A program made the translations under genes and the position numbers. Shown piece by piece: positions 52,662-64,000 of a stretch of 64,000 nucleotides of DNA. This stretch comes from Adineta vaga (Eukaryota; Animalia; Rotifera): positions 11,036,001 to 11,100,000 of the forward strand of contig CP075492.1 in assembly GCA_021613535.1 (NCBI GenBank), in the 5' to 3' direction. The notes under the pieces were generated by a model. The model saw only the letters and a list, made by a program, of their open reading frames with translations. It was not told where the DNA came from and searched no databases. The number at the start of each line of letters is the position of its first letter. Positions within the stretch are counted from its first letter, which is position 1.

Positions 52662-55600
52662 ATGTTTAAAAATTTAAAAGAAAAATTAGCTACACAAGTC
52701 AATAAAACGAATCAAACTTTATTCTCAACAATACTCCCAACAGATTCTGTATGTTTTACAAGGACATTCTCATCATCGCATGTTTTCTATTCTTTTATTA
52801 ACTAGACATCATCGTCATCAAACGATGTGAGTAATCGTACATCTTCATTTACTAGTCACGATGAACATCATGTAAATCTTTGTGTATTTCTCTCGAAATT
52901 GACTTGATTCTTCTCTTCTAAAAGGAAAATAATCGTTCACGAATAGACTCAGCTTCCAGTGATATTAGCCAAACTCAACTTGGTAACACAAATTATGTTT
53001 CACCATCACGTCAATATGTACCACCATCAGATATTGAATCAGAATATGGCGCCGATGAAAGTGATCATGAAACTAATACAGTAAAATTCATTTTCATTTA
53101 TCATTAACAAATTAAATTTCATTCTTCTGTACATAGAAAATGCAAAAATTACTCAATATATATAAAAATAAATTTACACAATTAAAAAATGCATATAGTG
53201 AAGTCGAACGTGAGAAAGAAAATTTAAAGAATGTTCTACAACAACAACAAGATACTCATATAAAACGACAGACAGAATTACGTCAAAAAATGAAACAAGA
53301 ATTACAAATGAAAGAGCAAACAGAAAGCATATATCTAAATGAAATAAAATCACGTGATAAAACGATTGAAGATATGACTCAACAAGTAAGAATTTCAGAT
53401 TTGAGTTAAAGGAATTTATGAGTTTTGTTATCTGTAGTTTATCGAACGAAACAAATCTTTTCAAGAACTTGAAGAAGAAGTAAAAAATCTTCGAGAAAAA
53501 GTAGGATCATATTTATTGGATTATTTTTGTAGAATTTTTCTTGTAGAATACACAACGTGAAAAATTCCTTCTTCAATGTAAAGAGAAAATAAAAATTCAT
53601 CAAGATAAACAAACTGATTTAGTCACAGAACGTGATAATCTTCGAGAGCAATTAGATGAAAAAGAAGCCTTACTTCAATCATTAAATAAGGTATGTTTTT
53701 CTTCATTGTTGTCGCGAGTCATATCACTAAATCTAAAGAAAATGAGACATGTATTTACAGGCATTGATATACTTTTTCTGGTAAGTACAAGATAAATCTA
53801 AAGTCATCAGTGCAAACAGTTTTTTTTGTTATTTCATGTTGTTGTATGTCCAATATATATATTTTTTGATCAACGGATAGAAATTAGTTCGATTTACATA
53901 AGAATAAATTCATTGTGAACTTATTTTACATTATAGAATGAACAATCTGAACAACCATATGAAAACGAACGTTTACAAGAACAACTAAAATCGACTAAAC
54001 TTCGTATTCAACAATTAGAAGTTGATCTTGAACTAGCAAAGCAACAGACAACTCAATCAGATTCAAATGAAGACATTCAACAAAAATATAATGATTTACT
54101 CAATAAATTCCATGAAACATCTATGAATAATGAGCAATTTCAAGCATCTATTCTAAAAGATAAAGTACATCTCGAAGAACTTAATTGCGAAATTGAAATT
54201 TTAAAAACAAATCATGAAAATTTAACCAATGAATTGCATCATATGAAACAAACGAAAGATGATATTCAATTGTTACTTGATCAAACAAATCAAGAACGAA
54301 CAATGTACAAAGATAAATATGAGCAAATACAACATAATGAACGTCCAGGTTCGTTTTTTAATTAGAAATGATATACAAATACTTCTATTCTGAAGGATAA
54401 ATTACATGCAAAGTCTATATTTTAGATGATACCAATGTTATTCTTACAAAATTACAACAAGATTATGAAGAATCTGTTGCTAATCGTACAGAATTAACAG
54501 AAAAACATTTGGAAGAGATTACGAAACTTCGAAATGAACATGAAATTGAATTGAATAAAAAAATTGAAGAATTACAAGAAGAACATCAACGAATACAATT
54601 AGAAAAAGACGATGAATATCAAAAAGCAATTGATAAATTGAAAGAAAAATTAGACAAGATTCGTAAGGAACAATTATTTGAACTCAAAGCTACAGCTAAA
54701 AAGGTACAAGATGAATCATCAGATTTATCTACACAAATTAATGAACAACAAAAAGAAATTAATCGTCTTCATGAATCAATAAATGAACAAAATAAGAAAT
54801 TAAATCAATATGAACATGAATTAGAAGAAAAAACGTCTCATATTACTGAATTGGAACGAACGATCGCATCTACTACGGAGCTAACAACTCTTCAGGAAGA
54901 ACTTCAGGAAAAGAAATTACACATCAGTAATATTGAACAACAACTTGCGGATAAACTTATTCAATTCAAAGTTGCCATTGAAGAACATGAACGATTACAA
55001 GAGCAGAAAGATAGAGAAGTATATTCATTCTAATTCTCTGTGGAAGACATATTTACGTGACTTTTCATTTTTGAATAGATCGATACACTGAAACAAACTC
55101 TTTCCAATCAAGAATCACTCTATCATTCTCTAACAAATGAACATCAACAAACCATTGAAGAACGAAATAAATATAAATCATTAGTTGACGAAGTTCATCA
55201 ACAATTAACTTCTCAAAAATCTCAATTGGATGAACGTGAAAAGAAATTCGACTGTATTCTCTCAGAAAAAACGGATCTTGAAAATGAATTAGATCGTATA
55301 CGAATACAATTTCAATCAACTCAATTAGCATTAAACGAGAAAACGAATAATGATAGTGATGAATTGAGACATGCGGAAGAAAGAATTCAAAAACTTCAAG
55401 TGAGCTTGTGTAATTGATTGTTCTAGTAATAATTGTTTTGTTTTAGATTCAATATGAATTACGAGAAAAGGAAATTGAAACTTTGAAAAGTGAAATTGCT
55501 TCTTTAGTAAATACAAACGAAGAAAATATTCGTCGAATAGATGAATTTGATAATGAGAAATTCAATTTCGAACAAGAGATTATTGAAAAAGATCGACAAA

Positions 55601-56730
55601 TCAGTGAAATGAATGAACAAAATGAAGAACTTGAATTAAATCTCAAACAAGCACAAGAAAGTGGAGTCAAATTACGTAAAGCATTACAAAAAATGAGAGA
55701 TTCAATGACAAATAAAGAACAGACTACTCAAGATGCAGGTAGAATTCTTTATCCTTATAAAAATGATAATTTTTCTCTTTATGTAGAAAATCAATTACAA
55801 AAAACCATTGATCAATATGAAAAACAATTAAGAATACAAGAAAAAGAACATGATTCAAAACTAAAAGTAATGGCAAAAGAAATGAATCGACAAATTGAAG
55901 AGCGGGAAGAAACTTATCAACAACAAATAAACGATCTTAACCGTAAATTCTATATAAAAATCTTTTTAATTTGTTTTCTTGTATACTCTATTGATAGGTA
56001 AAATTTATCAAACAAATGACGATGTTACAGTGAAATCAGAGCAAAGAGTAGCTAATGCCGAAGAACGAGCATTAGTTGCTGAACGAGAAGTATCTAAAAT
56101 GCAAGAACAATTAAAAGTTTGATTGTTTAGTTTATTTAATTCATTTAATCGATGTGAATTTTTCAGGAGAAACAATTAGATTATTATCGAGTTTTACAAG
56201 ATCTACAAATTCAAATACAAAATTTCAAGAAAGAAGCTCCACAGTATATTTTCATGTTACTCTAATATGAAACTAAAATTAGCTATATACTTTGCTTTTA
56301 TTCTAGAATGATAGAAGATTCTACTCAAACTATAGTTGAAGGTAAATATGCTTCAACTGAATCTTGATGATTTTAACAAAATATTTGAAAATATTTATTA
56401 TAAATTTAGAAGAACCAAATCATGATATACATTCATTTCTGTCTGAACCAACCGAAGTTGATTATTTAAAACAAATTGTACTTGCATATATGACTGGAAC
56501 AGATCGACTAGTATGTGGAGTTTAATTTTTAGAATGGAAAAGAGAATAGCTTCTTTTTCTTTATTAGACAATGGCAAAAGTCATTTGTGCTGTTCTTCGT
56601 TATACAGATGATGAAAAATCATTAATATTAGAAAATGAAAAACTCCGTCATTCTGTAAGTTATTTGAAATAGATTTGATTTCAATTGATATTTTGTTCTT
56701 TAGCGTTGGTTAAATTCAGTAAAATCTTAG
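52662..56730 (+). CDS. GOLGA4: GRIP-domain golgin (golgin-245/GOLGA4-like); multi-exon
   Basis: N-terminus MFKNLKEKL, PPSDIESE motif, long coiled coil, and GRIP domain EPTEVDYLKQIVLAYMTGTDRLTMAKVICAVLRYTDDEK...RWLNSVKS*. Confidence 0.88.
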
Positions 56731-57020
56731 TCATTTATATGGTTAGATTTTCTTAGTGTAACAATTTTAATTTTAATTTATTGGAAATGGAAATTGGATG
56801 CGTTCAATATTGTTGTTTGAAAAGAAAGAAAAACAATATTTCTTTTTTTTTCTTGTTTTTTTATGATAAGCGTTCTTCCTTATAAGAATATATTTATACA
56901 TAATTAAATTTTTTCTTCGATATGGCAATGAATGAACTTAACATCATTATTTCGTCAGATTTTCTTAATCAGAACTGACAGATTGACACTTTATGAGTGA
57001 CATAGAAAACGATGATACAT

Positions 57021-57139
57021 GCTTACGGCCATACCACGTTGAATACACCAGTTCTCGTCCGATCACTGAAGTTAAGCAACGTCGGGCTCGGTTAGTACTT
57101 GGATGGGTGACCGCCTGGGAATACCGAGTGTCGTAAGCT
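57021..57139 (+). rRNA. 5S: 5S rRNA (copy 1)
   Basis: GCTTACGGCCATACCACGTTGAA...GAAGTTAAGC (box A)...GTACTTGGATGGGTGACCGCCTGGGAATACC (box C)...GTAAGCT, followed by a T-run Pol III terminator. Confidence 0.98.
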
Positions 57140-57143
57140 TTTT
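57139..57143 (+). terminator. Pol III oligo-T terminator of 5S copy 1 (equivalent run at 57707-57711 for copy 2)
   Basis: T-run immediately at the 5S 3' end. Confidence 0.8.
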
Positions 57144-57588
57144 ATTATTATTTTTTAATTCCTATTTTAACCTGATATAGAACTTCACTATTTACATTAC
57201 ATATAACACGTTTCATAGCATCATTTTCCATTTTCATTTGACGTACGATCGATACATATATATATGTATAAATAATGACGCATCGTTTGAATCATCGCGA
57301 AAATTTTAAAAAGATTAACTTTCGCTTTTTTTCTTCTTATCGATGGATGAAGATGATTGTTCTCTTTATGTTTACTGATGAGATAAACATGAAACATGAG
57401 AGTTCTCAACCTACAGATGTCAATAAGTAACGAACAAACAGAACATTGAAATATTTTCATTATTAATAATAGAATAATTTAACAAATCAAAACTAATTAG
57501 GGAAATTGTTTGACTTGCAATGAATTGATCGTTATGAATTCGGAAAGGATAGAAGATCATAAGATCGAGTGATAAAATAGTGTTGTAT

Positions 57589-57707
57589 GCTTACGGCCAT
57601 ACCACGTTGAATACACCAGTTCTCGTCCGATCACTGAAGTTAAGCAACGTCGGGCTCGGTTAGTACTTGGATGGGTGACCGCCTGGGAATACCGAGTGTC
57701 GTAAGCT
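57589..57707 (+). rRNA. 5S: 5S rRNA (copy 2, identical to copy 1)
   Basis: Same 119-nt sequence followed by a T-run. Confidence 0.98.
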
Positions 57708-58026
57708 TTTTATTATTTTTTTCCATCCGCACATGTTATATGTTATATCATATGGTTTTCTTTGAAAAATCATCCACATTCTCAAGATTCGCTCGAGCTA
57801 GACATCATTTTTTTTCTTCTCCTACTTCATATAAAATAGAAATGAGAAGGACATAGGCGACATCTATGTTGATGTTGTAAGTGACATTCTTTATTGTTTG
57901 GTTCATCTTTTGACGAATGTAATTGAGGAAAATTACTTTAGTCATTTTTTATTTCGAAAGTACTATAGACTAGTGTAGGAAATTATTTGATTGGCGACGC
58001 ATCAATCTCATTTCAGTATTCATAAT

Positions 58027-59196
58027 ATGTCTGAACCTACACGTGTTGCTTTCAAATTTGGTGGTATCAAACGTCCTATTCTCAATAATAATGCTTCAAC
58101 AGCTAATCATTTCGAAACATCAACAACGAATTCTAATGGTCAACAACTAGAACTTGTTACTGGTTTTGATAATGGTGAAATTAAAAGTAATGCATCAGCT
58201 ATTGTAAAAAAAGAACTTATTATTCCTAGTCAACCAAATGCACATCATCAATTCTTTAAAATTAAAAAAGCTACTGAAAAAAAAACTATATCAAATGAAG
58301 CAATCAATCAAATGGATGATGAGGCAAAACGTGCACTTATTCTTGATGCACAAGCAGCAAATGAAGCTTGGAATGATCGAAATGAAAATGGACCAGTTCG
58401 TGTACATACAATTGAACAAGATTCTGCAAATACATTTATGACTAATTCAGGAAATGAAACAAATACAACAGCTGAAGTTGAAGAAGAGAAAGTAGTTGAT
58501 AATGCTGATTATGATCAAGTACCTATCGAAGATTTTGGTATGGCTGTTTTACGTGGTATGGGTTATAAGGAAGAAACTGGTCTTGGCATATCGAATAAGA
58601 AGCAAACTGATGTATTCGTTCCACAAAGTCGTCCTCGTGGTCTTGGCCTGGGTGCAGATCGAAAGGTACTGGAGAAAATTAATCAATTAAAACGGAATTT
58701 AAAAAAAGCTGGCATCGATGAAAAAGATGATTTATGTTATGAAAAAGGAGCTTTTGTTCTTATCGAAAAAGGTCCTCATCAAGGTTTATACGGTACAATT
58801 GAATCAATTGAAGAAGATGTTGCTCGTTTCACAGTTTCACTAGCAATTGGTGGTACGAATAGAAAGAAAGAAGTCATATCCATATCACAATATAGTGTCA
58901 AATTGGTAACGGAAAAAGAGTTTCTTAAATATAGTAAATATGTTAATAAATCGAAAGCTGATCAAGTGGAAAAAGAAACAAGTAATCAATTAATGAAAGA
59001 TTATCATCGACATGATACCACGACAGATGAATCTCATGATGATAATAATCATAAAAACGATTATAAACGTCATCATTCATCTAAAAGTGATGATAACGAA
59101 CGCCGACATCATCGTTCATCCGACATTGATAGACACGATCGAAAACATCATCATCGACATCGAGATGACGACAGAGATCGATCTAGAAGACATTAA
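58027..59196 (+). CDS. GPKOW: G-patch and KOW motif splicing factor (Spp2/MOS2/GPKOW); single exon
   Basis: G-patch ADYDQVPIEDFGMAVLRGMGYKEETGLG...RPRGLGLGAD; KOW GAFVLIEKGPHQGLYGTIESIEED; R/H/D-rich tail. The first in-frame ATG is at 58027. Confidence 0.9.
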   Translation: MSEPTRVAFKFGGIKRPILNNNASTANHFETSTTNSNGQQLELVTGFDNGEIKSNASAIVKKELIIPSQPNAHHQFFKIKKATEKKTISNEAINQMDDEAKRALILDAQAANEAWNDRNENGPVRVHTIEQDSANTFMTNSGNETNTTAEVEEEKVVDNADYDQVPIEDFGMAVLRGMGYKEETGLGISNKKQTDVFVPQSRPRGLGLGADRKVLEKINQLKRNLKKAGIDEKDDLCYEKGAFVLIEKGPHQGLYGTIESIEEDVARFTVSLAIGGTNRKKEVISISQYSVKLVTEKEFLKYSKYVNKSKADQVEKETSNQLMKDYHRHDTTTDESHDDNNHKNDYKRHHSSKSDDNERRHHRSSDIDRHDRKHHHRHRDDDRDRSRRH

Positions 59197-59930
59197 TTAT
59201 TGAATTGTTACGTTTCTTTTTTTTCTACATGTACGATAAATATCTACACATATTTTGTCATTGTTATTATATTTCTTTCATTTTTAATTTCATATGACTT
59301 TCGAAAAGATCATGATATAGTTCTATTCATATCCATCAACAGAAAACGAACACATCTGAATTGAGAATAAACAGAAAAACACTTCGAACATCTGAATACA
59401 TAAATAGTATGATAGAAAACAGAATCGTAGGGACATTTGGGAGTATACGTTATACAGCTGATTGAATAAGTTTAAACACACCTAATTAAATCTATTTATA
59501 TTCGTCAAAGTATTGTTTAAATGAATTCAACATTCGAATTGTTAGAATGATTAATTTATCTGTAGATATCTGTGAATTTTCTGAAAGATCGATGATTAAT
59601 AGACAATGTAATCGATCTCTGTCAAGCAAATAATAAATAAAACGAGTAGAAAACAACGTTGCAGAAGTCAAAAATAAAAATAATGACAAGAAAATAACAA
59701 AAAATGGTTTTATTCTCTTCATCCAAATAAGCAGTATTGTTGTTATTACATAAAAGAAAAAAAGAAAAAAAAGGGAGAGAAAAAAGAGAAAGAAAAGGAA
59801 CTTCTTTGCCTTTCCTTCTCTGATATTATAGCACTCCATGTTCACAATGTCTCTTCGACTATTTTAAGAGTAAGCATATTTTTTAATTATAAAAAATTCA
59901 TTGTCGAGTCTTGTTCTTATTCAGATAGCA

Positions 59931-62900
59931 ATGGAATCAGCAACAAATTTATTAAATTCAAAAGATTATAAAAGTATTTCATATCTTGATCGTCCATTAC
60001 CAAAACATAAAAATGTCAATCGAACATCCAGTTTTACACCACAAAGTAAAATTTTGGAAAAATCTTTCTCCAGAAATGAAAATTTTTTGTTTCATTGTTA
60101 GGTTCAACAATTTTAGATCCAATGAAGAAGGTAAAAAGATTTGTTATTAATTAGAAAAAAAACTAGTTTAGAACTAAATTCTAGTTAAATAAAACATTCG
60201 ATTCATCTTCGGAATGTGTTGAACGACAATCGACTCCTAAACACGAACTATACAAAGTAACAAAGATAAATTGAAAGAAGAACCAAAGAATCATTCTTAG
60301 TATATATCTAGCTACAAAAACAATCATATGAAAATGCAAAGAAAAGAATTACATCAGAATTGGATTATATTCTTAGAGATCCTTCAATTGTTATTGTTAG
60401 TGATTGGCTTAAAGTACGAGGAACATTACGAGATTGGACCAAGTTATGGGCAATTCTAAAACCTGGTTATCTATTACTCTATCGAAATCCAATATCAATG
60501 GTGAGTTCAATCTTCTCTGTAATATTCTTTCATCATGACAAGATTTTAGAATGGTGTTTGGGTTGGTACTGTTGTTTTATCATCATGTGAAGGTAAATGA
60601 TCTTTTTCAAACTTTGTTTGTACTTCACTACTTAATTTCCTACGTAGTAATACAACGTCCGTCAAAAAAGTCAGGATTTTGTTTTAAAATTTGGCATCCA
60701 ATAGAAAAATCTATTTGGACACAGAAGGTAAACAATTGTATTCTAATTGAAATGAAATCTTTTCTTTCTTTTCTCTCTAGGGTCCCAACAATGAGCAGTT
60801 TGGTGCATTAACATTTCCTTTACCAATGAATTATTTAATTTGTCGAGCATCAGATGAAGCAGCAGGTTTGTTTTGTTGTTAGTTTTTATTTTGATGATCT
60901 CGAAACAAAACATACATTCATTTCAAGGACGCTGCTGGATAGATGCACTTGAATTAACAATGAAATGCTCAAAATTATTGAAAAAACCTTTTTCAACTGA
61001 TGAAATTGTCACTACACCCATAGCAAGCAATTCATCAATATTATCGAATGAAGAAAGTCTACAATCTCATAACAGCATTTTAGATAATGATATTAATTTA
61101 TCTCGAACTAATCTTAAGATAGAAGATGATCGATTTAGTGAATTTAGTGCTGATATTAGTAAAACATCCAGAAGTGCTACAAGTCTATCAGATGCATCTC
61201 AAGATGTAATCAATGTTGCTGTGGATGATGATGATGATGATAATGAAGGGAAAAATGAAACACCATATATTCTTGCATCAGCTGAAGAAATGGGTGAAGT
61301 ACGAAAAAAATAGAAACAAAAACATTCACAATTTGAGATAATAATATGTCATTCGTTTTAGCTTGGAAATGCTGGTCAAACAGAAGATGTAGCTGAAGAA
61401 AATAAATCATTGATAGTACATTTACTAAAACAAGTTCGACCAGGAATGGATTTATCCAAAGTTGTCCTACCAACATTTATACTAGAACCCAGATCATTTC
61501 TTGAAAAAATTTCTGATTATTATCATCATTGTGATATACTTGAAGAGTACGTTGAGTTGAATTATATTTCTTTTAGCATGTAAATGTAGTTCTTTTTATG
61601 AAGAAGAACTATTTTAATGACTTTTTCTGAAGTATCTGGAATATTTTTTAGAGCAGTAAATTCACCGGATCCACTGGAACGAATGAAAACAATTGTGAAA
61701 TTTTATCTCTCAGGATTTTATAAAAAACCGAAGGTTTACTTTAAAACATTTTTCATTAACTTGATAAACTAAACTATTCTATTGAAGGGTTTAAAAAAAC
61801 CATATAATCCAGTTCTTGGTGAAGTTTATCGTTGTTATTTTCAACATACCAAAAATAATAGTAAAACATTTTATATTGCTGAACAGGTAAGTTCTTTAGA
61901 CATTTATAGCAAGAAAAAAAAACGAAATCTTCTTTAGATATCTCACCATCCGCCAATTATGAATTTTTATGTATCGAATCGACAAGAAGGCTTTTGTGTT
62001 CAAGGTAACATATTGACAAGATCAAAGTTCTATGGTAAATTTCTTCGAAGAATATTTCATTTGATTTCGATTATCTTTCATAGGAAACAGTCTTTCAGCT
62101 ATATTAGATGGAACAGCTCGATTAACTCTACTTAATCGTGGAGAAGATTATATTATTACTATGCCATATGCGAATTGCAAAGGTAAAAATTAATGGTTCA
62201 GTTTTGAATAATATGTACATATGTCACAGGTATTCTAATCGGAAGGTTAACAATGGAATTAGGTGGCAAAGTTACAATTATTTGTGAGAAGACTCGTTAT
62301 TCTGCTGATATTGAATTTAAATTAAAAGTAACAATAGATTTGTTTTTTATTTTCTACAATTTATATTCTTTTGAAGCCATTCATTGGTGGTCAAGAACTA
62401 ACAAATCTTATCGAAGGAAAAATTCGTTTAGAAAACGACGTTCTATATACTTTTTCTGGTCATTGGGATGATGAAATAATACTAACCGATAAAGCTACAA
62501 ATGTAAGTTAGATAGATTTTCCATTCAAAATAAAAAAAAATTCTTATAAATTAGGTGAAGAGTACCTTTTGGAAAGTGACATCATCGGTTATTAATTCTC
62601 GATTAAAACGATATATTGTACCTCTCGAACAACAACAAGACAATGAATCAGAAAAGTAAGAAATCGGGTTAATAAAAGAACATGTTTATTCCATATAAAT
62701 AAAATTCTTCATAGATTATGGCAACGTGTTACATTAGCAATTCGACAAAATGATCAAATTTTCGCTACAAAAGAAAAAACAATTGTTGAAAATGAACAAC
62801 GTAAACGAATCAAGGAACGAAAGATAACCGAGTCGAATGGTATCCATGTTTATTTTCGATCGATCAAAATACGAAAGAATGGATATATAATCATATTGAG

Positions 62901-63324
62901 TAAGAAATAGAATTCTTTCTAAAATCATATTAAAATTCTATTTCAATCTTGTATCCTTAGTACTCATCCATGGGATTCACATAATGATATATCTACATAT
63001 GAAAATAATTTTATTATTCATACACGTACATGTCATCATCGAGATCTATCTATTGCTCGTGATCATTCCTTATTATTTCATAATACATACGAAGAATCAT
63101 CTGAGATTAATCGAACAACTTCATTGAATGAAAATATAGCATTAACGTTAAAAAATATAGAAAAACATCTCAGACGTACAAATGAACGAATCGATTTTCA
63201 TGAACAACATATTCATCAGCTACAAAGTCAACAATCAGTATCTTATTATCTTTCATCATCTTATTTTCTTCATTTTATTCTTATCATTCTTGTTGCAATT
63301 ATTTTAAAATATTTCTTTCATTAA
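59931..63324 (+). CDS. OSBPL8: Oxysterol-binding protein-related ORP5/ORP8 (PH, ORD, C-terminal TM); multi-exon, apparent 1-nt deletion near 62821
   Basis: PH domain [23 protein letters not shown]...[15 protein letters not shown]; [43 protein letters not shown]|ISHHPP; C-terminal [21 protein letters not shown]. Confidence 0.92.
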
Positions 63325-64000
63325 ATATCTCCTCGGTAGCTTTTTAATTATTGTCAATTTGTTTTGTCTAAATAGGAATAAAATACAATTTTGTGATAAG
63401 ATATTTATCATAAGGAAACATAAAGCAAAATGATTGAGAATTTAGAAATGTATGTTCATTTCGCCCTCGCTGACACTTACACAATAAAAAGCGAGATTTG
63501 TTCTGTCTTTTGTTTAATTTTAAATACTTCATCATTCAAATATCCAGTGGTAATAGACATATACTATAACTTCTGTATGTTTAATAAAAGAACGGTTAAG
63601 TGCAATTGTTTCCCTATTATTTTGTGCATATTAAAGAGAGACGTAAAACTGCAACACAGTTGATTATGTTTTATCATATTTGCAAGACTTTCTCTCAAGT
63701 TTTATTCTTCTTTTTGCAATCAATCGAAAACGTGCATATCGTTAAAAGTTATTCATCGGTTGTTTTTTATTATCAATTGTTTCGATATAAATGAGAATAA
63801 AACATCACTTTGTAGCAAAATATTTGTCATAAATCAGAACGCATAAAATCAAGACAATCGATATCCATAAAGCATGAAAAGCAATACTACTACGAAACAA
63901 TTTTTCTGCTTGACGATCGATGTATTCCGTACCAGTCGTATTAGTTCCATTATTAGACTTCAAATGTTGCGCATTCATATTCTGTTTTTCTTGTTCAGTT

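Noticed and set aside
57140-57588. Spliced-leader RNA or other snRNA gene in the 5S spacer, a linkage known from several taxa
   Set aside because: I found no recognisable rotifer SL exon sequence, and no donor plus Sm-site arrangement, on either strand.
59492-59845. 117-aa hydrophobic minus-strand ORF
   Set aside because: Arises from A/T low-complexity tracts (poly-Phe/Leu) with no supporting structure.

Overview
AT-rich, gene-dense metazoan DNA with many ~50-60 nt GT-AG introns. The composition and intron style suggest a bdelloid rotifer, but this is inference. I can support 15 protein-coding loci, in order: Sidekick (-), PHYH (+), UBR1/2 (-), CDC42 (+), GCAT (-), a small Ly6/three-finger gene with an apparent frameshift (-), PLEKHG5/Syx RhoGEF (-), INTS8 (-), MAN1/LEMD3 (-), ACADVL (-), WDR4 (-), a C2H2 zinc-finger gene (-), GOLGA4 (+), intronless GPKOW (+) and OSBPL8/5 (+). 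There is also one U1 snRNA gene and two identical 5S rRNA genes. The most striking find is inside UBR1/2: a tandemly duplicated, apparently mutually exclusive exon pair. It is flanked by two interlocking long intronic inverted repeats, each of which would loop out one exon, and a third perfect stem lies upstream. Other notable signals are a nematode-style operon-like ZnF-WDR4-ACADVL cluster (79-nt spacer with AATAAA, U-rich tract and AG|ATG), a candidate novel pre-miRNA in a spliced non-coding unit, a recurring promoter motif YAGAKGNCRC, and a Syx1/Syx2-like PDZ on/off switch at the PLEKHG5 C-terminus. Gene coordinates span start to stop codon, introns included, and were read by eye.
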